Shown piece after piece: positions 23,205 through 34,248 of a DNA stretch of 64,000 bases (positions are counted from its first letter, which is position 1; the number at the start of each line of letters is the position of its first letter). Made by a program: the position numbers and the translations under genes. Under the pieces are notes generated by a model, which saw only the letters and a list, made by a program, of their open reading frames with translations, was not told the origin of the DNA and did not search any database. The DNA is taken from contig PDIP01000011.1 of the NCBI GenBank assembly GCA_002811645.1, positions 214,133 through 278,132 on the forward strand, given 5' to 3'. The stretch comes from Corallochytrium limacisporum Hawaii (taxonomy: Eukaryota; Protista; Pluriformea).

Positions 23205-23477
23205 ACGAGATCCGTCTCCATCGAAGACAGGTGCGCCACACCAAACGTCTCTTACTCATATTCTTGTGTTATGCATTCTCATACTTCCATAGCCACTGCG
23301 CACATAATTCCCGAAATATACACCAAACGCTTCCTGTAAGGCACACCTTAACACAATAGACACTCTGCACCGATATGAAATTTCCAATACGGAGGATATT
23401 GGTACGATAATCTAGTAACAATGATGACGAGAACAATGATGGTAGATGATAATGATGCTAATAGAGATATGCCACAT

Positions 23478-24824
23478 TTAGTCCATGCTCTCAGTCGGGT
23501 ACTTGCGGAGATCTGGCGCGGGCACGAACCTGCCCTGCTTCTCCACTTCGGTACGGCACTTGGCATAGAGACGACGGCTGCTCAGGTACGCACCGTAAAT
23601 ACCACCGGCAGCACGGAGCCAAGCGGGGATCTTGACCGCTCTGGCGGCCAGAAAGAACATGCACAAATTCTCGAGTTCCTTGAACATGAGATCAGTCTCC
23701 ATTTTGCGCACCTTGGCAAGTCGATCCTCCGCTTCCATGGAACTCTTCAACAGATCATGCAGGCGTACACGGTGGCTCACGTAGTCCAGCCACATGTCAA
23801 TGACAATGCGACTAACACTGGAGTGGTTCTTCCATTCCTTGGCAAAGGACTTCACGTCCGGGCTGAGATCCAGGATTTTGGCCTTGCCCAGCCAATTTAT
23901 GTGGTCAAAGAACAGGTAGAACAGCGAACAGATTTGGGCAAAGACCGCCAACTCCCGCCACGGTTTGTCACTGCGCAGAGTCTCAAGTAATCGACGATAG
24001 TCTTCCAAGAAGCGGAACCAACGGAAGGCCTTCCTGCCTTCGGACAGATTATCCTCCAAATTTTGTACTCGCCCGGACAGGGCGAGGAAGAAGCCGAGGT
24101 TTCGGAACGCCTCCTTCACAAACTCTGCCGCGTATTGCATGACCATGAGTAGCTTACTGCGACCCTGGCTATAGCCGAGGAATCGGCAAATGACTTCGAA
24201 GTGGAACCGCCGACGGTAGAGCACGACCTTCTCTTCGTATGTGCGTGGGGTTTGGCGCTTGGGATCGAGAATCAGGAAGCTGCTGCTCATGTCAATGTAG
24301 GACCTACGGCTCATGTTGCTCATCCCCTTCCCACTACCATGAATGCTTCCGTTGCTGACAGTACTACCGTTGCTATCCCTCTTGCCATTGCTGCTCAGAT
24401 CATTATCTATCTTGACCCCGGCGTGGTTGCGAACGTCCCCATTCTTGGGCGATCCGTTGCTACCATTGCTCATCCGATCATCATCTGATGACGTTGTCTC
24501 ACCCTCTGCTGCCTCTGTTATGTTCCAGGTTTCTGTAGTAGTGGCTGACCGTGGGGTCACGTCTGTATGGTTGGGATCACCTGGAGAGTATGGGGCCTGT
24601 TCCGAAATGCTCACCTTGCGCGTTGAGAGTTGTGCTCTGTGCAGAATTCCTCCAGCCGGACTAGTTGGAGTGTCAGAACGAAGAGAAGGCTTGCGGCCCA
24701 CAGTTTTGCGCTCGCTGCTCTGTCGAGGGAGCCTGCTGATGCCTTCGGCGAGACCGGAGTCGTCACCGTCAAAGTTGAGCGGGCTCATACTAAGCGATTC
24801 TTTCCGTAATCTGTCGTGTGCCAT
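23478..24824 (-). CDS. PEX11: PEX11-family peroxisome proliferation protein with about 200-aa disordered N-terminal extension
   Basis: FLGYSQGRSKLLMVMQY (cf. PEX11 GRDK..R..QY), amphipathic LSEGRKAFRWFRFL, YLFFDHINWLGK, C-terminal AAGGIYGAYLS. Confidence 0.8.
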   Translation of the reverse strand: MAHDRLRKESLSMSPLNFDGDDSGLAEGISRLPRQSSERKTVGRKPSLRSDTPTSPAGGILHRAQLSTRKVSISEQAPYSPGDPNHTDVTPRSATTTETWNITEAAEGETTSSDDDRMSNGSNGSPKNGDVRNHAGVKIDNDLSSNGKRDSNGSTVSNGSIHGSGKGMSNMSRRSYIDMSSSFLILDPKRQTPRTYEEKVVLYRRRFHFEVICRFLGYSQGRSKLLMVMQYAAEFVKEAFRNLGFFLALSGRVQNLEDNLSEGRKAFRWFRFLEDYRRLLETLRSDKPWRELAVFAQICSLFYLFFDHINWLGKAKILDLSPDVKSFAKEWKNHSSVSRIVIDMWLDYVSHRVRLHDLLKSSMEAEDRLAKVRKMETDLMFKELENLCMFFLAARAVKIPAWLRAAGGIYGAYLSSRRLYAKCRTEVEKQGRFVPAPDLRKYPTESMD

Positions 24825-26567
24825 TGTCTATTGAATAATTATGTCAGTGTTTTCCTGTACGGTACACTTGTGGAAATATGTGACATGAAATGCCCTTATG
24901 CTTTGTCGTTACCCTAAGAACATGGTGTCCATTACCTATTCTTTAGAAGTATCTACAAAGCCACTAAATCTTCTCAATGCGTTCCTATGTCTAAACCAAT
25001 GCGCCACGCGTGTGATCCAGGTGCATACTCTTGTTAAGTACCCACCCAAGTATAAAGCTTGAGATATAAAGATATCATGGCAAAATAAACAAGAGAGACC
25101 AGAGCAGCTGCGAAAAGTTTGCAAATGATTGACTATGCCGTGTTGTAGGCACCGAGGCGGAAAGAAGCATTTTCGGCCCACTCATCCTCCGCACTTTTTG
25201 TTCTGCGCACTGTGTCACAGTCCGGAGCCGTCTCCCCGCGCGAGGTCCCTACTCCCCGTTCCCAGCCTCCCTCGTAGTCCGCGCTGTCTGGTACTGAATG
25301 TACTGCTGTTCTCCTGGATTCTGCACAGCCTTGCTCACCTTCCTCTCCCCTTCTCTCGGAACAGAATGCCCTGGTAGGCCTGTGCGTCGAATTGCCAAAA
25401 ATAGCACGACGCGACCCCGGTCCTCGTACTTCCGCATACATTTTCTATGGGGCTGCGCACCGCAGATGAGGAGACTGAGAAACGTCAGGGTCCCTGCCCC
25501 TTCCCCTTCCCCTCTCCCCCGCGGCCGCAGATTTTCCATGAATTTGCCTGTGTAAGGAAGAGAGACTGGACAGGTGGGGTTGGGTTAGGGTTGGTGGTGG
25601 TTAAATGCCCTAGCCGGACAAAAGGGAAAAGAAAAAAGGAAATCAAAAATGCTGGAAGCAAGGACAGTGGGCGTGCGGGGAGGTAACTTTTTTTTTTGGG
25701 CTCGCTTTTTCTTTTTCTTATATTTCTGTTTTTTTTCTAAAGTTTCTCGTACGGAGAGAATGTTCTCTTCTGTCCGATATTGCGCAGGCGTATTCGCTTA
25801 TCATCTCTTTTTCTTTTTTTAAACATTCTTTTTTGTCCCTTTTAGCAATTTCCAATTCTTCCCTTCCTTTTTCTTTTATTGCCTCCGTCGCCCGTTTTTT
25901 TTTTTTTTTTTTTGGGTATTGGCTGTTTGGCCGGTGTTGCAGATAGTAGTGGCCCAGGTTCAGAGCACACAGCAAAGGAAATTTACCAGCAAGCGTTCGT
26001 CATCGCTCTCTCCTCTCTCCCCCTCCTTCGGCCTAGATGGGGGGGGGAATCGACAGGCCGCCGTTAAGGCCTGAGGGTCAGCTGACTGACGGTGGGGAGT
26101 AGGGCTCGGGAAGGAATTATTTTATATACCGACTGTTTTTAATATTCAACATACACAGGTCACTATTGAATTTGAGATAGTAGATTAGAAAGTTTATAAT
26201 ATCCTGACTACTATAAATTATTGGTACTGGGTTGATTCACAACCAAGGTCGCAAGAGAGGGTGGCCCGCGCGAACCTCCAGAAATTGGACTCCTGGACAA
26301 CCATCGATGTTTTTCTGTCCCGAGACCGAATTCCCAACCGGGGCCCTGGGGGGAGGGGGGGGGGTGGTTTCCACTCTCCCTGGACGGGTGAAGAAAAATA
26401 GACTCCCATCTTCCAGCGCAGGAATCTTTCTCTTTTGCCTCGTGAAAAACCTCTGCGCTGGATTTGTCTTGTTATTGCGCGTTCTTTTTCCATTCTTTTT
26501 TTTTTCTTTTCTTTCATAATTTTTCTATACCGGCTCCCCGTCCCCTCCTTTCTTGCTTTTGCCTTTG

Positions 26568-26607
<40 letters not shown>

Positions 26608-27324
26608 CTCCCGCTGTCCCGGCCCCCCCCCTCCCTTTCTTTGCCCTTTTGTTTCCCGCTTCTCGGCCTGCGCTCCTCCGGGCCCCCGGGCCTTTTTGGC
26701 AGTGGCTGGCTTGTGCAGACACAGAGACCGAGAGGGTAGGGAGAGAGGGCGCGAAGAAAGGCCCCGCTGGGCACGGCGGCCACCGGGGAAAGAGGGCAGG
26801 GCAAATCTCTGGCTTTTTTTCTTTGTGCCTTCTAACGATATTCTTCCATCTCGGGTCCCCTTGGTTTTGAAGGGAAAACAATCGTGCCGTCCGTCCAAAC
26901 GCACAAAGAGAGAAGGGGACGCACGCATTTGGACGGCGGGGCCTTTCCGCTTGCTTGCTGTGCGGCAGTGGTTTGTCTTTCCTTCCTTCAAAGTTCTTTT
27001 TGGCGGTTCGATGGCTTTTTTGTTTGTCTTAATTGCGTGCGTGTGCTGGAGTCATGGGCCCAGTGATTTTGTATGTACGGTCGACGATTCTTTGTCATGG
27101 TTGGACGTTCAGTCTTGACTGTAAGTGGTTGGTATTCGAACACTTAGTTCTTGGCTGCACACACTGGTCTGAATTTTTCAGTCTTACATCGGTGCCACGG
27201 TAAGCGATTCGGGTACAGTTCAGTCGACTGCAGGACCACACTCTGAACAGAGAGAAAGAGTGAAATGCATACAGAACAAGACTTAGAGAACGTTAACTAG
27301 TACCATAAGATATCCACAGCAGCA

Positions 27325-29865
27325 ATGCCTACCGCATCTCTAGCTTTGAAGTCGGCTGATGTCGAAATCTGCAAACGGTCAAACAAGCTTGACCTGACCG
27401 GGCGCTTCCTGCACAAATGGCCTGCGGAGATCTGGCAGTTGGCACCTTATCTTAAGGTGCTGAAGTTGAGTCGTAACTATCTGAAGGACATTCCAGAAGC
27501 TATTGTGAAGCTGGAGAACCTGGAGTCATTGATCATTGATGACAATCAGATCAGGGATCTGCCGCAGGCTCTAGGTGAGATGTCCAGTCTGCGCATTCTC
27601 AACGTCGAGAACAACCCATTACCGGGCAAAATCATGGCCATCTATCGCCGTTGTCCCGCACCCTATGACAAGCACAGCGGCCGTGGTGATGGTGAAGAGG
27701 GTGTCCTGTGCGAGTCCCTGTTGCAGGAACTGAATCCAAACCGTCCGCCAATGCCTACCCGCGCAGACCTCGCGACCAGGGCCGAAGGAGAGCGACCTGT
27801 CCTGTCTACTGGTGCTGATGGCATCAGTGACCGAGTACGAGCCTTCGTTGAGTCGCTGTCCCTGGCCAGGCTGCGTGAGGAACTGGAGCGCAGGGATCTG
27901 AGTATCAGCGGTCGCCAGCACATCCTCGCCGACCGACTGGCCCGGGAAATGACGCGTGAAGAGTACGAGGCCGTAGCCATGCGTGGAGAATCGTCGCCTG
28001 TACCTGAGCCGGAGCAGAGCCCCGGCGAAAAGGGCCGCAGCGGCAGGCTTTACGGCGGCCACGGCACGAGTATCCGTGACGGACTCTTTCGCTCCCCTTC
28101 TCCACCTGCGAGGCGGCCTGGCGCCGCAACTGTGCCCAGTACGACGCACGCGATCGCTATGGGCCAAGATGAAGATGGTGGATCAAAGATTCAGAGCCTC
28201 CATAGGCCACAAACCGCCGGCACCGACGTGAGCAGCGCACCGTTCGGGCACGACGGGAACACCAACGACAGTGCGAACGAACCCGATGCCTACAGTACCC
28301 AGCGGGTGCTCAAAGACTTTGATATTGCCAATGCCCAGCGCAGTGCTTCGCTCGATCTCAGTCGCCGCTATGTTACCGTCATTCCCACCGAAGTATACGG
28401 TCCTCTGCTGGGAGATACACTGCGTGTGCTGCGCCTTGCTTACAATGAATTGCGAGTGCTGCCGCCGGAAATGGCCGGATCCATGCCGAACCTGCGCGAA
28501 CTGAATCTGGACGCAAATCGTTTCCAGACCCTGCCATTCGTCCTCGCCTGTCTACCTGCCCTACGACTGTTCTCAATGGAGGACAACCCGCTATCTAATG
28601 ACCACCAAGCCGTCTACGATCTCTGTCGCCGTCCTCTAAACGACCACGGCTCTGTGGAGAGTGACATTGCGACAAAGTACCTCGCCCTAAGGTATGCGGC
28701 AGACCCCAGTGCGCCCCACTGCGCGGCCATCCTGCTCGGTTCAACGCCTCTTCTAAGTCATGACGTCGCTCTGCGTCGCGCGGTGGAATCTGCGGAGGAG
28801 GCAAGCGGGCGTCATTTTGCGAACGTCGAGTCCAAGGTGGACACAACCTACAGGCGCCAGATCGCACGCCCGAGGTCTGCCATTGATCAGCATCGGGGTG
28901 TTCTGCACATCGGCATGGACGAGACCCACCACAAGGACCATACGCACTTCCAGGATGACACTACCGAAGAGCACATGAAGCATTTGTCAATGCATAATGA
29001 TAATGGGCAACCAAATTGTCCGGGCAAGAACGGACACCTTGACCACTACCATCAGTACGACGATGACATTGGTCCGGAGGGGTATGTCCACAGGCGACAT
29101 CTGCGTGACCATCCTTTCGAGCACCTGTACAAGAACGCACGTAACACGGGTTTTCTGGATCTAAGGGATCAACATCTGACCGAGTTTCCGCAGGATATTT
29201 TGCAAGACTTGGAACTACAGAAGCGTCTGAAGGTCTTGGATCTATCCACCAACCGTCTGCGCGTCTTGCCGGAGTCAATTGATGTCCTTTCCGGACTGCA
29301 GGAGATTTACCTTGGTGGGAATGATCTCCGCGAGCTGCCCCTAACCCTGGGCAACTTGGAGCACCTCAAGCGCATTGGTCTGGACGATAATCCGTTGTTC
29401 GCGGACTTGCAGCGAATCGTGGACGAAAGCAAACGGCCCCTGACGGGGCGTGGTACGGACGCCAGCAGTTTGCTGCTCTACCTTAGGCACCAGGCTGCCA
29501 AGCGCCATTCACGCGAGTCCGTGACTGGTGGCGCATCTCCCGTTCGATCTGTGGCTGGGCTTCGCAAAGACTATGCAAATGACCCTTGGAAGGAGCACAA
29601 GGAGATGGCTGCGATGCCGGGTAATGAAGAAATTGTGGACCACAAGGATCAGAACCGGAGCAAGACTCTTGAAATTGCCCAGGAAAAGCACAACGGAATC
29701 GGTGATGCCAGTGGTAGTGGTGGTGTAGAGTTTGACCCCACCGTCTACGATGATCACGACACCAGCCAGCTGAGAGACGAGTTGTTTCGACGGGGTTTAG
29801 ATCCGCAAGGATCGCACGCAGTGCTCAAGAACCGCCTCATGAGGTACCGAAAGCAGCATGGATGA
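27325..29865 (+). CDS. Protein with three capped LRR modules and two SAP-like motifs
   Basis: Three LxxLxLxxNxLxxLP blocks each ending in NPL. SAP-like LARLREELERRDLSISGRQHILADRL and SQLRDELFRRGLDPQGSHAVLKNRL. Confidence 0.88.
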   Translation: MPTASLALKSADVEICKRSNKLDLTGRFLHKWPAEIWQLAPYLKVLKLSRNYLKDIPEAIVKLENLESLIIDDNQIRDLPQALGEMSSLRILNVENNPLPGKIMAIYRRCPAPYDKHSGRGDGEEGVLCESLLQELNPNRPPMPTRADLATRAEGERPVLSTGADGISDRVRAFVESLSLARLREELERRDLSISGRQHILADRLAREMTREEYEAVAMRGESSPVPEPEQSPGEKGRSGRLYGGHGTSIRDGLFRSPSPPARRPGAATVPSTTHAIAMGQDEDGGSKIQSLHRPQTAGTDVSSAPFGHDGNTNDSANEPDAYSTQRVLKDFDIANAQRSASLDLSRRYVTVIPTEVYGPLLGDTLRVLRLAYNELRVLPPEMAGSMPNLRELNLDANRFQTLPFVLACLPALRLFSMEDNPLSNDHQAVYDLCRRPLNDHGSVESDIATKYLALRYAADPSAPHCAAILLGSTPLLSHDVALRRAVESAEEASGRHFANVESKVDTTYRRQIARPRSAIDQHRGVLHIGMDETHHKDHTHFQDDTTEEHMKHLSMHNDNGQPNCPGKNGHLDHYHQYDDDIGPEGYVHRRHLRDHPFEHLYKNARNTGFLDLRDQHLTEFPQDILQDLELQKRLKVLDLSTNRLRVLPESIDVLSGLQEIYLGGNDLRELPLTLGNLEHLKRIGLDDNPLFADLQRIVDESKRPLTGRGTDASSLLLYLRHQAAKRHSRESVTGGASPVRSVAGLRKDYANDPWKEHKEMAAMPGNEEIVDHKDQNRSKTLEIAQEKHNGIGDASGSGGVEFDPTVYDDHDTSQLRDELFRRGLDPQGSHAVLKNRLMRYRKQHG

Positions 29866-32130
29866 ACACCACCACCTTTAACTATATATTCATTCTAATC
29901 ATCACCTAAATGCAAATACAAATATTCACGTTTTCCAGAGATGGAACCGATTTTGCCAGCTGGGCGAAACCATTTGCTGAGGGTTTTGATTTCCAAATGC
30001 GGAGCTTCTTCGAGGACGATCTGCCACATTCCCTGCCGACATCAAGGATTGGGCTACGTGGCGCCTTGGGAAAAGTGGTCGAATAACTATGACGTGCAGG
30101 AAGTGTGGTAAGGCGGGAGGAGGAGGAAAGGAAAAGGGAGGAAGGGGGAGGCCGGGGGGATGGGGAGGGGCAAAAATTGGTACCTGCCGACCCGTGATTT
30201 CCAAGGTTTTGCATCGTGTTTTCCATGGTATTCGATAGCCAAAAATACCCACGCGGAATTGTTAAGAATACGAATTTAGGACAGCTGATTATAAGCCCGC
30301 TGGAAACGCCAATTTGGGCTTCTCGCTTCGCCTTGTTTCCTCATAGTCGTGGCCTCCCAATTCAGAATTACGACAGAGGACACACACGTAGCGATTGCTG
30401 TTGCCATCGGATCTCAGATGGCTGCCGTGGTGGCAGTGCCAGAGTATTAGGTTTCTAGCTTCGGTGTACTCCATATGCTTCACTTGCGCTTAATTAGGTG
30501 CACCGGTGATGATTCCAGGTGCAAAGACTCCGCACATGTTGAGCAACGCATCACCCACTTCGGGTACAGGCCGGGGGTGGTCGCGGTAGGGACCAGCTGC
30601 TCCCTCTGTGACAGCAGCGATGCCTAGGGGGCAGCCAGCCAGCTCAATCCCTCCGACCAGGACACACAGACGGACACGGACGACACAAAAAGACCGTTCG
30701 AACAAGAGACAGAGTGACAGAGAAGCACGAGACGAGCTTGAGAGAGAGAGAGCGAGAGCGAGAGCGAGAGAGAGAGAGAGTGTGTGTGTGTGTGAGTGAG
30801 GAGAACCGGGGGGGGGAGACAACAGGCTACCGTTGGGCGAGTGACCACGCTGCCGGAAGCGCGATAGAAAATTGGTGCCTCCGGGCGGGTGGTGCTACCG
30901 GTGGTGCGGGCCTTGTTAATGTGTCGCGCTTTTTGGACGCTCGTTCCTGTTGGGCCGCTGTTGGTTTTGTTTTTTTTCACCAATTTTTATTTTCCCGGGA
31001 GGGGACCGATGGCGAGCGGTGAAAGCATAAATTTTACTTTGCCTGGCTCTCCTTCCCCCTCCCCCCCGGGGGGCCCCAGGGCGGGTCCCTGTTAAGAAAT
31101 TTTGAAATTCTTTTCTTTTTTTTTTCCGGAGGGGTACAATGACCTCCTCCCCCCCCTCTCCCCACCAACCCCTGCAACACACACTCCATGGGGACTGATA
31201 GATAAGCACCGGGTACTATGCACAAATTTCTCCCTTTTGTTTCTGCTGTGGCTTTTCAGCGGAATGAGAGAACGAGGAGCACACTCCCGAAAGTTTTCTT
31301 TTCTCGATCGCTCAACTCCCCCCCGGGGGGGGGCGGGGAAGGGGCTGATTTATTTCTTCTTTTTGTTTTTTTTTGGGGTTGGGCAGGGAATCGCTTTTGG
31401 ATCTGACCCGCGATATGGACACACTGCAAACCAAAAAAGAAAAAAAGGGGGAGAATGAATAGTGGCCCCCTTCCCCCCCCCCTTCTGCAGGGAGAGCTCG
31501 ACCGAGAGAGAGCGAGAGAGCGAGAGATAGACGCAGACAGAGAGAGAGAGTGAGAGAGAGGGCCTTTTCAGAGGGGGAGGGTTCCCCCGAGACTGGGTGG
31601 AAAGTGAAAGCGCGCCGCGGCCGGCCCGACCCTGAGGAAAGCGCGGTTGTGTCGTGGAAGGGTGGATGGGGGCCGAATTACGGCTTCGGTTGGTGGTGGT
31701 ACGGTGCGGTGCGGTGGGGGTACCGAGAAGGGAACGAAAACCTCCCCCGTCCCTCCCCGCCCGGCCGGGAGGGCGGCGGGGCTGCCTCGGCGAAGGGTCG
31801 CTTATTTCTCTGTTTTGGCTTTTCGCCTACGGTGGATTTTATGTTGATCTGGCCACGTTTACCGTCTTTTCTGTTTGTTCTTAGGTTTAGTTTTTTGTTT
31901 ACGTGTGTTTGTAGTTTGCATGACAGGTATTCATTGCTAAGAACTCCTTGTTGTGCTCTTGATCTTTCGCTCTGATAGTGAGTCCATGAACCAGCAACAC
32001 ACCAACGAAGCAAAACAATAAGTTTCGTCTGACGCAGGGTGATTAGACGGTAAGTCCAATCAAACCCAGAACACACCTTCGTTATAAAACTCATTTGTTC
32101 GTTTTCCTTTGCGTATCGAAAGAAGTAGCC

Positions 32131-33363
32131 ATGAAGTCTTTGAAGAAAGCCTTGGGCATGGGAGACAGTGGCTCCGGTCACAGGCACACAGACAAGGACT
32201 TTGATAAGAAGTACGCCATTGGTAAACTACTCGGTGATGGATCCTTTGCCGTTGTACATGAAGTAATGGAGCGGGAGACCAAGAAGAAGTACGCAATCAA
32301 GGTCATTGACAGGAAACTGTGCAAAGGGAAAGAGGCAGTGATTCAGTCCGAGGTGGACATTATGCGGAAGGTCAAACATCCGCTGATTGTTCAACTCTAC
32401 GAAGAATTCGACCTCAAGGACCGTTTGGTCTTGGTACTGGAGCTTGTGACCGGTGGTGAGCTATTTGATCGCATTATCAATGAAGGATCTTTCACTGAGA
32501 AGCGTGCGTCCAAGATTTCCAAGCAGATTATCGAAGCCATGGCGTACCTCCACTCTATGGACATTGTGCACCGTGACCTGAAGCCGGAGAACATTCTCTT
32601 TGCGACCAAGGCTAAGGACAGCGATGTGAAGATTGCCGATTTTGGGCTCTCCAAGCTCGTCAATGACGACACTGCATTGCAGACCGCGTGCGGCACCCCG
32701 AACTATGTAGCGCCAGAGATATTGAGGCAGCAAGGGTACGGCAAACCCATTGACATGTGGGCCTGCGGTGTTATCATTTACATTATTCTGTGCGGTTACC
32801 CTCCATTCTATCACGAGAATGACAACCGCCTGTACCGCATCATCATGAAGGGCAAATTTGAATACGACCCAAAGTACTGGAAGGACATCAGTGATTCGGC
32901 CAAGGACTTGATCAACAAGCTCTTGGTTGTGAATCCATCGAAACGATTGTCTGCCGAGGAGGCACTCGAGCATCCGTGGATTGCGGGCGATGTTGCCCCC
33001 GACACGCAGCTGCCAGACGTCTCCGACAACTTGCGCAGATTCAACGCAAAGAAGACTTGGCAGAAGGCAGGCGGTGCCGTACGGGCGGCGAATTTGATGA
33101 AGCGCCTTGCGGACGCACGGCAATCGGTGGATAGTACGATCATCTCTGGAGAGCAAGGTACGTCGAGCGCTTCAGACATTGCCAACAACGAGGACAGCGG
33201 CGACAACGCCGACAAGAAGGGTAGCAGTGACAACCTTGACGATGACGCCAAGCAGGGCAGCACTGACAACAACCACGAAGTCAGCGCCACAACAATGGAG
33301 ACGAACACTGCTGGAGGGGATGCCATGGAGACAACCACGGAAACAAATGAGCAAAAGCAGTGA
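32131..33363 (+). CDS. Ca2+/calmodulin-dependent protein kinase (CaMKI/IV-like), copy A
   Basis: LGDGSFAVV, AIK, GGELFDRI, HRDLKPEN, DFG, TACGTPNYVAPE, CaM-binding LRRFNAKKTWQKA, acidic tail. First ATG at 32131. Confidence 0.95.
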   Translation: MKSLKKALGMGDSGSGHRHTDKDFDKKYAIGKLLGDGSFAVVHEVMERETKKKYAIKVIDRKLCKGKEAVIQSEVDIMRKVKHPLIVQLYEEFDLKDRLVLVLELVTGGELFDRIINEGSFTEKRASKISKQIIEAMAYLHSMDIVHRDLKPENILFATKAKDSDVKIADFGLSKLVNDDTALQTACGTPNYVAPEILRQQGYGKPIDMWACGVIIYIILCGYPPFYHENDNRLYRIIMKGKFEYDPKYWKDISDSAKDLINKLLVVNPSKRLSAEEALEHPWIAGDVAPDTQLPDVSDNLRRFNAKKTWQKAGGAVRAANLMKRLADARQSVDSTIISGEQGTSSASDIANNEDSGDNADKKGSSDNLDDDAKQGSTDNNHEVSATTMETNTAGGDAMETTTETNEQKQ

Positions 33364-34217
33364 CTGGACGATATCATTCTTGTGGATCAAGGAAGGGCAC
33401 ACACATGTACGACAGGGATACGTACACCAGTTGCGAGTCCACCGATTCCCTCATCGTGTTAAAACTTTACTTCTTTCTGTTTATAAGCTCATTCTAGAGC
33501 ATCGTCATCAATATGTTTCGTGCAGTCATGCTGTCCTGAACGGGAACCAGAGAAACTCCCACAGCACCCAAGGCACCGCGACTCGCACCCGCACCGGGGT
33601 CCATCTTAGGCACCGGGCCCCCGTCCAGCTGGCCCCCCCTCCTCGGAGGGCTCTTCTTTAATTTCATATACTCCATTCTAGAATCTTCTAAAATTCTTCA
33701 CATGCCTTTCTTACCCGCAAGAGGGAAAATTAGGCCCCTCCCCTCCCCTTACATTCAGTACCGTTCGGTCATTCCACCTCTCTGATTGGCTGAAAAAGAC
33801 CCCAGGGGAAGATCAGAAAAAGAAAGGAAGGGTTGCGAGAGAGTGAGACTCCCAAAAAAAGCTTTCAAAAAGAAAAAGAAAAAATAAACGAGAAAGATTT
33901 GGGAGCGAGAGAGAGAGGGATAGAGAGAGAGAGAGAGAGAGGGGTCAGAAAGAAGGAACAAGAAAAACAAAAACAAAACCAAAGAAGAAAAGGAACGTGG
34001 AGTACCTTGGGTTGGGAGGGAGAGGAAGAGGCAGAGGGGGGAGGGGAAAGAAGAAAGAGAAAGACAAACCGGAGAGGACGACGAGGAGGAGGATAAAAGG
34101 TAAAACGAGGGAGGGAGGAGGGACATTTTGTTCCAAGGGAGGAGGAGCGATCGTAGCGATGGGGGCCGGGGTAACGACGACGAAAGACGAAGAGAGAGAG
34201 AGCGAGAGACACAGAGC

Positions 34218-34248
<31 letters not shown>

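Noticed and set aside
25582-25592. Internal GGGTTAGGGTT as a telomerase RNA template or telo-box
   Set aside because: A single 11-mer in G/T-rich sequence is plausible by chance; no supporting structure.
26657-26669. 13-nt match to the 5' end of U2 snRNA (CGCTTCTCGGCCT)
   Set aside because: No branch-recognition GTGTAGTA or Sm site follows; pyrimidine-rich background.
26218-27118. Long ORFs (227-257 aa) in GA/CT-rich spacers, also near 33755-36577
   Set aside because: Translations are ER/SL dipeptide runs produced by stop-free microsatellites.
27325-29865. LRR protein as the Sog2 partner of neighbouring Furry (a RAM network cluster)
   Set aside because: No SOG2 C-terminal domain is recognisable and the architecture differs; proximity alone is insufficient.
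33361-33460. Stop-codon readthrough at TGA-CTG of CaMK copy A
   Set aside because: Not the TGA-CTA(G) motif, and the extension has no targeting signal.
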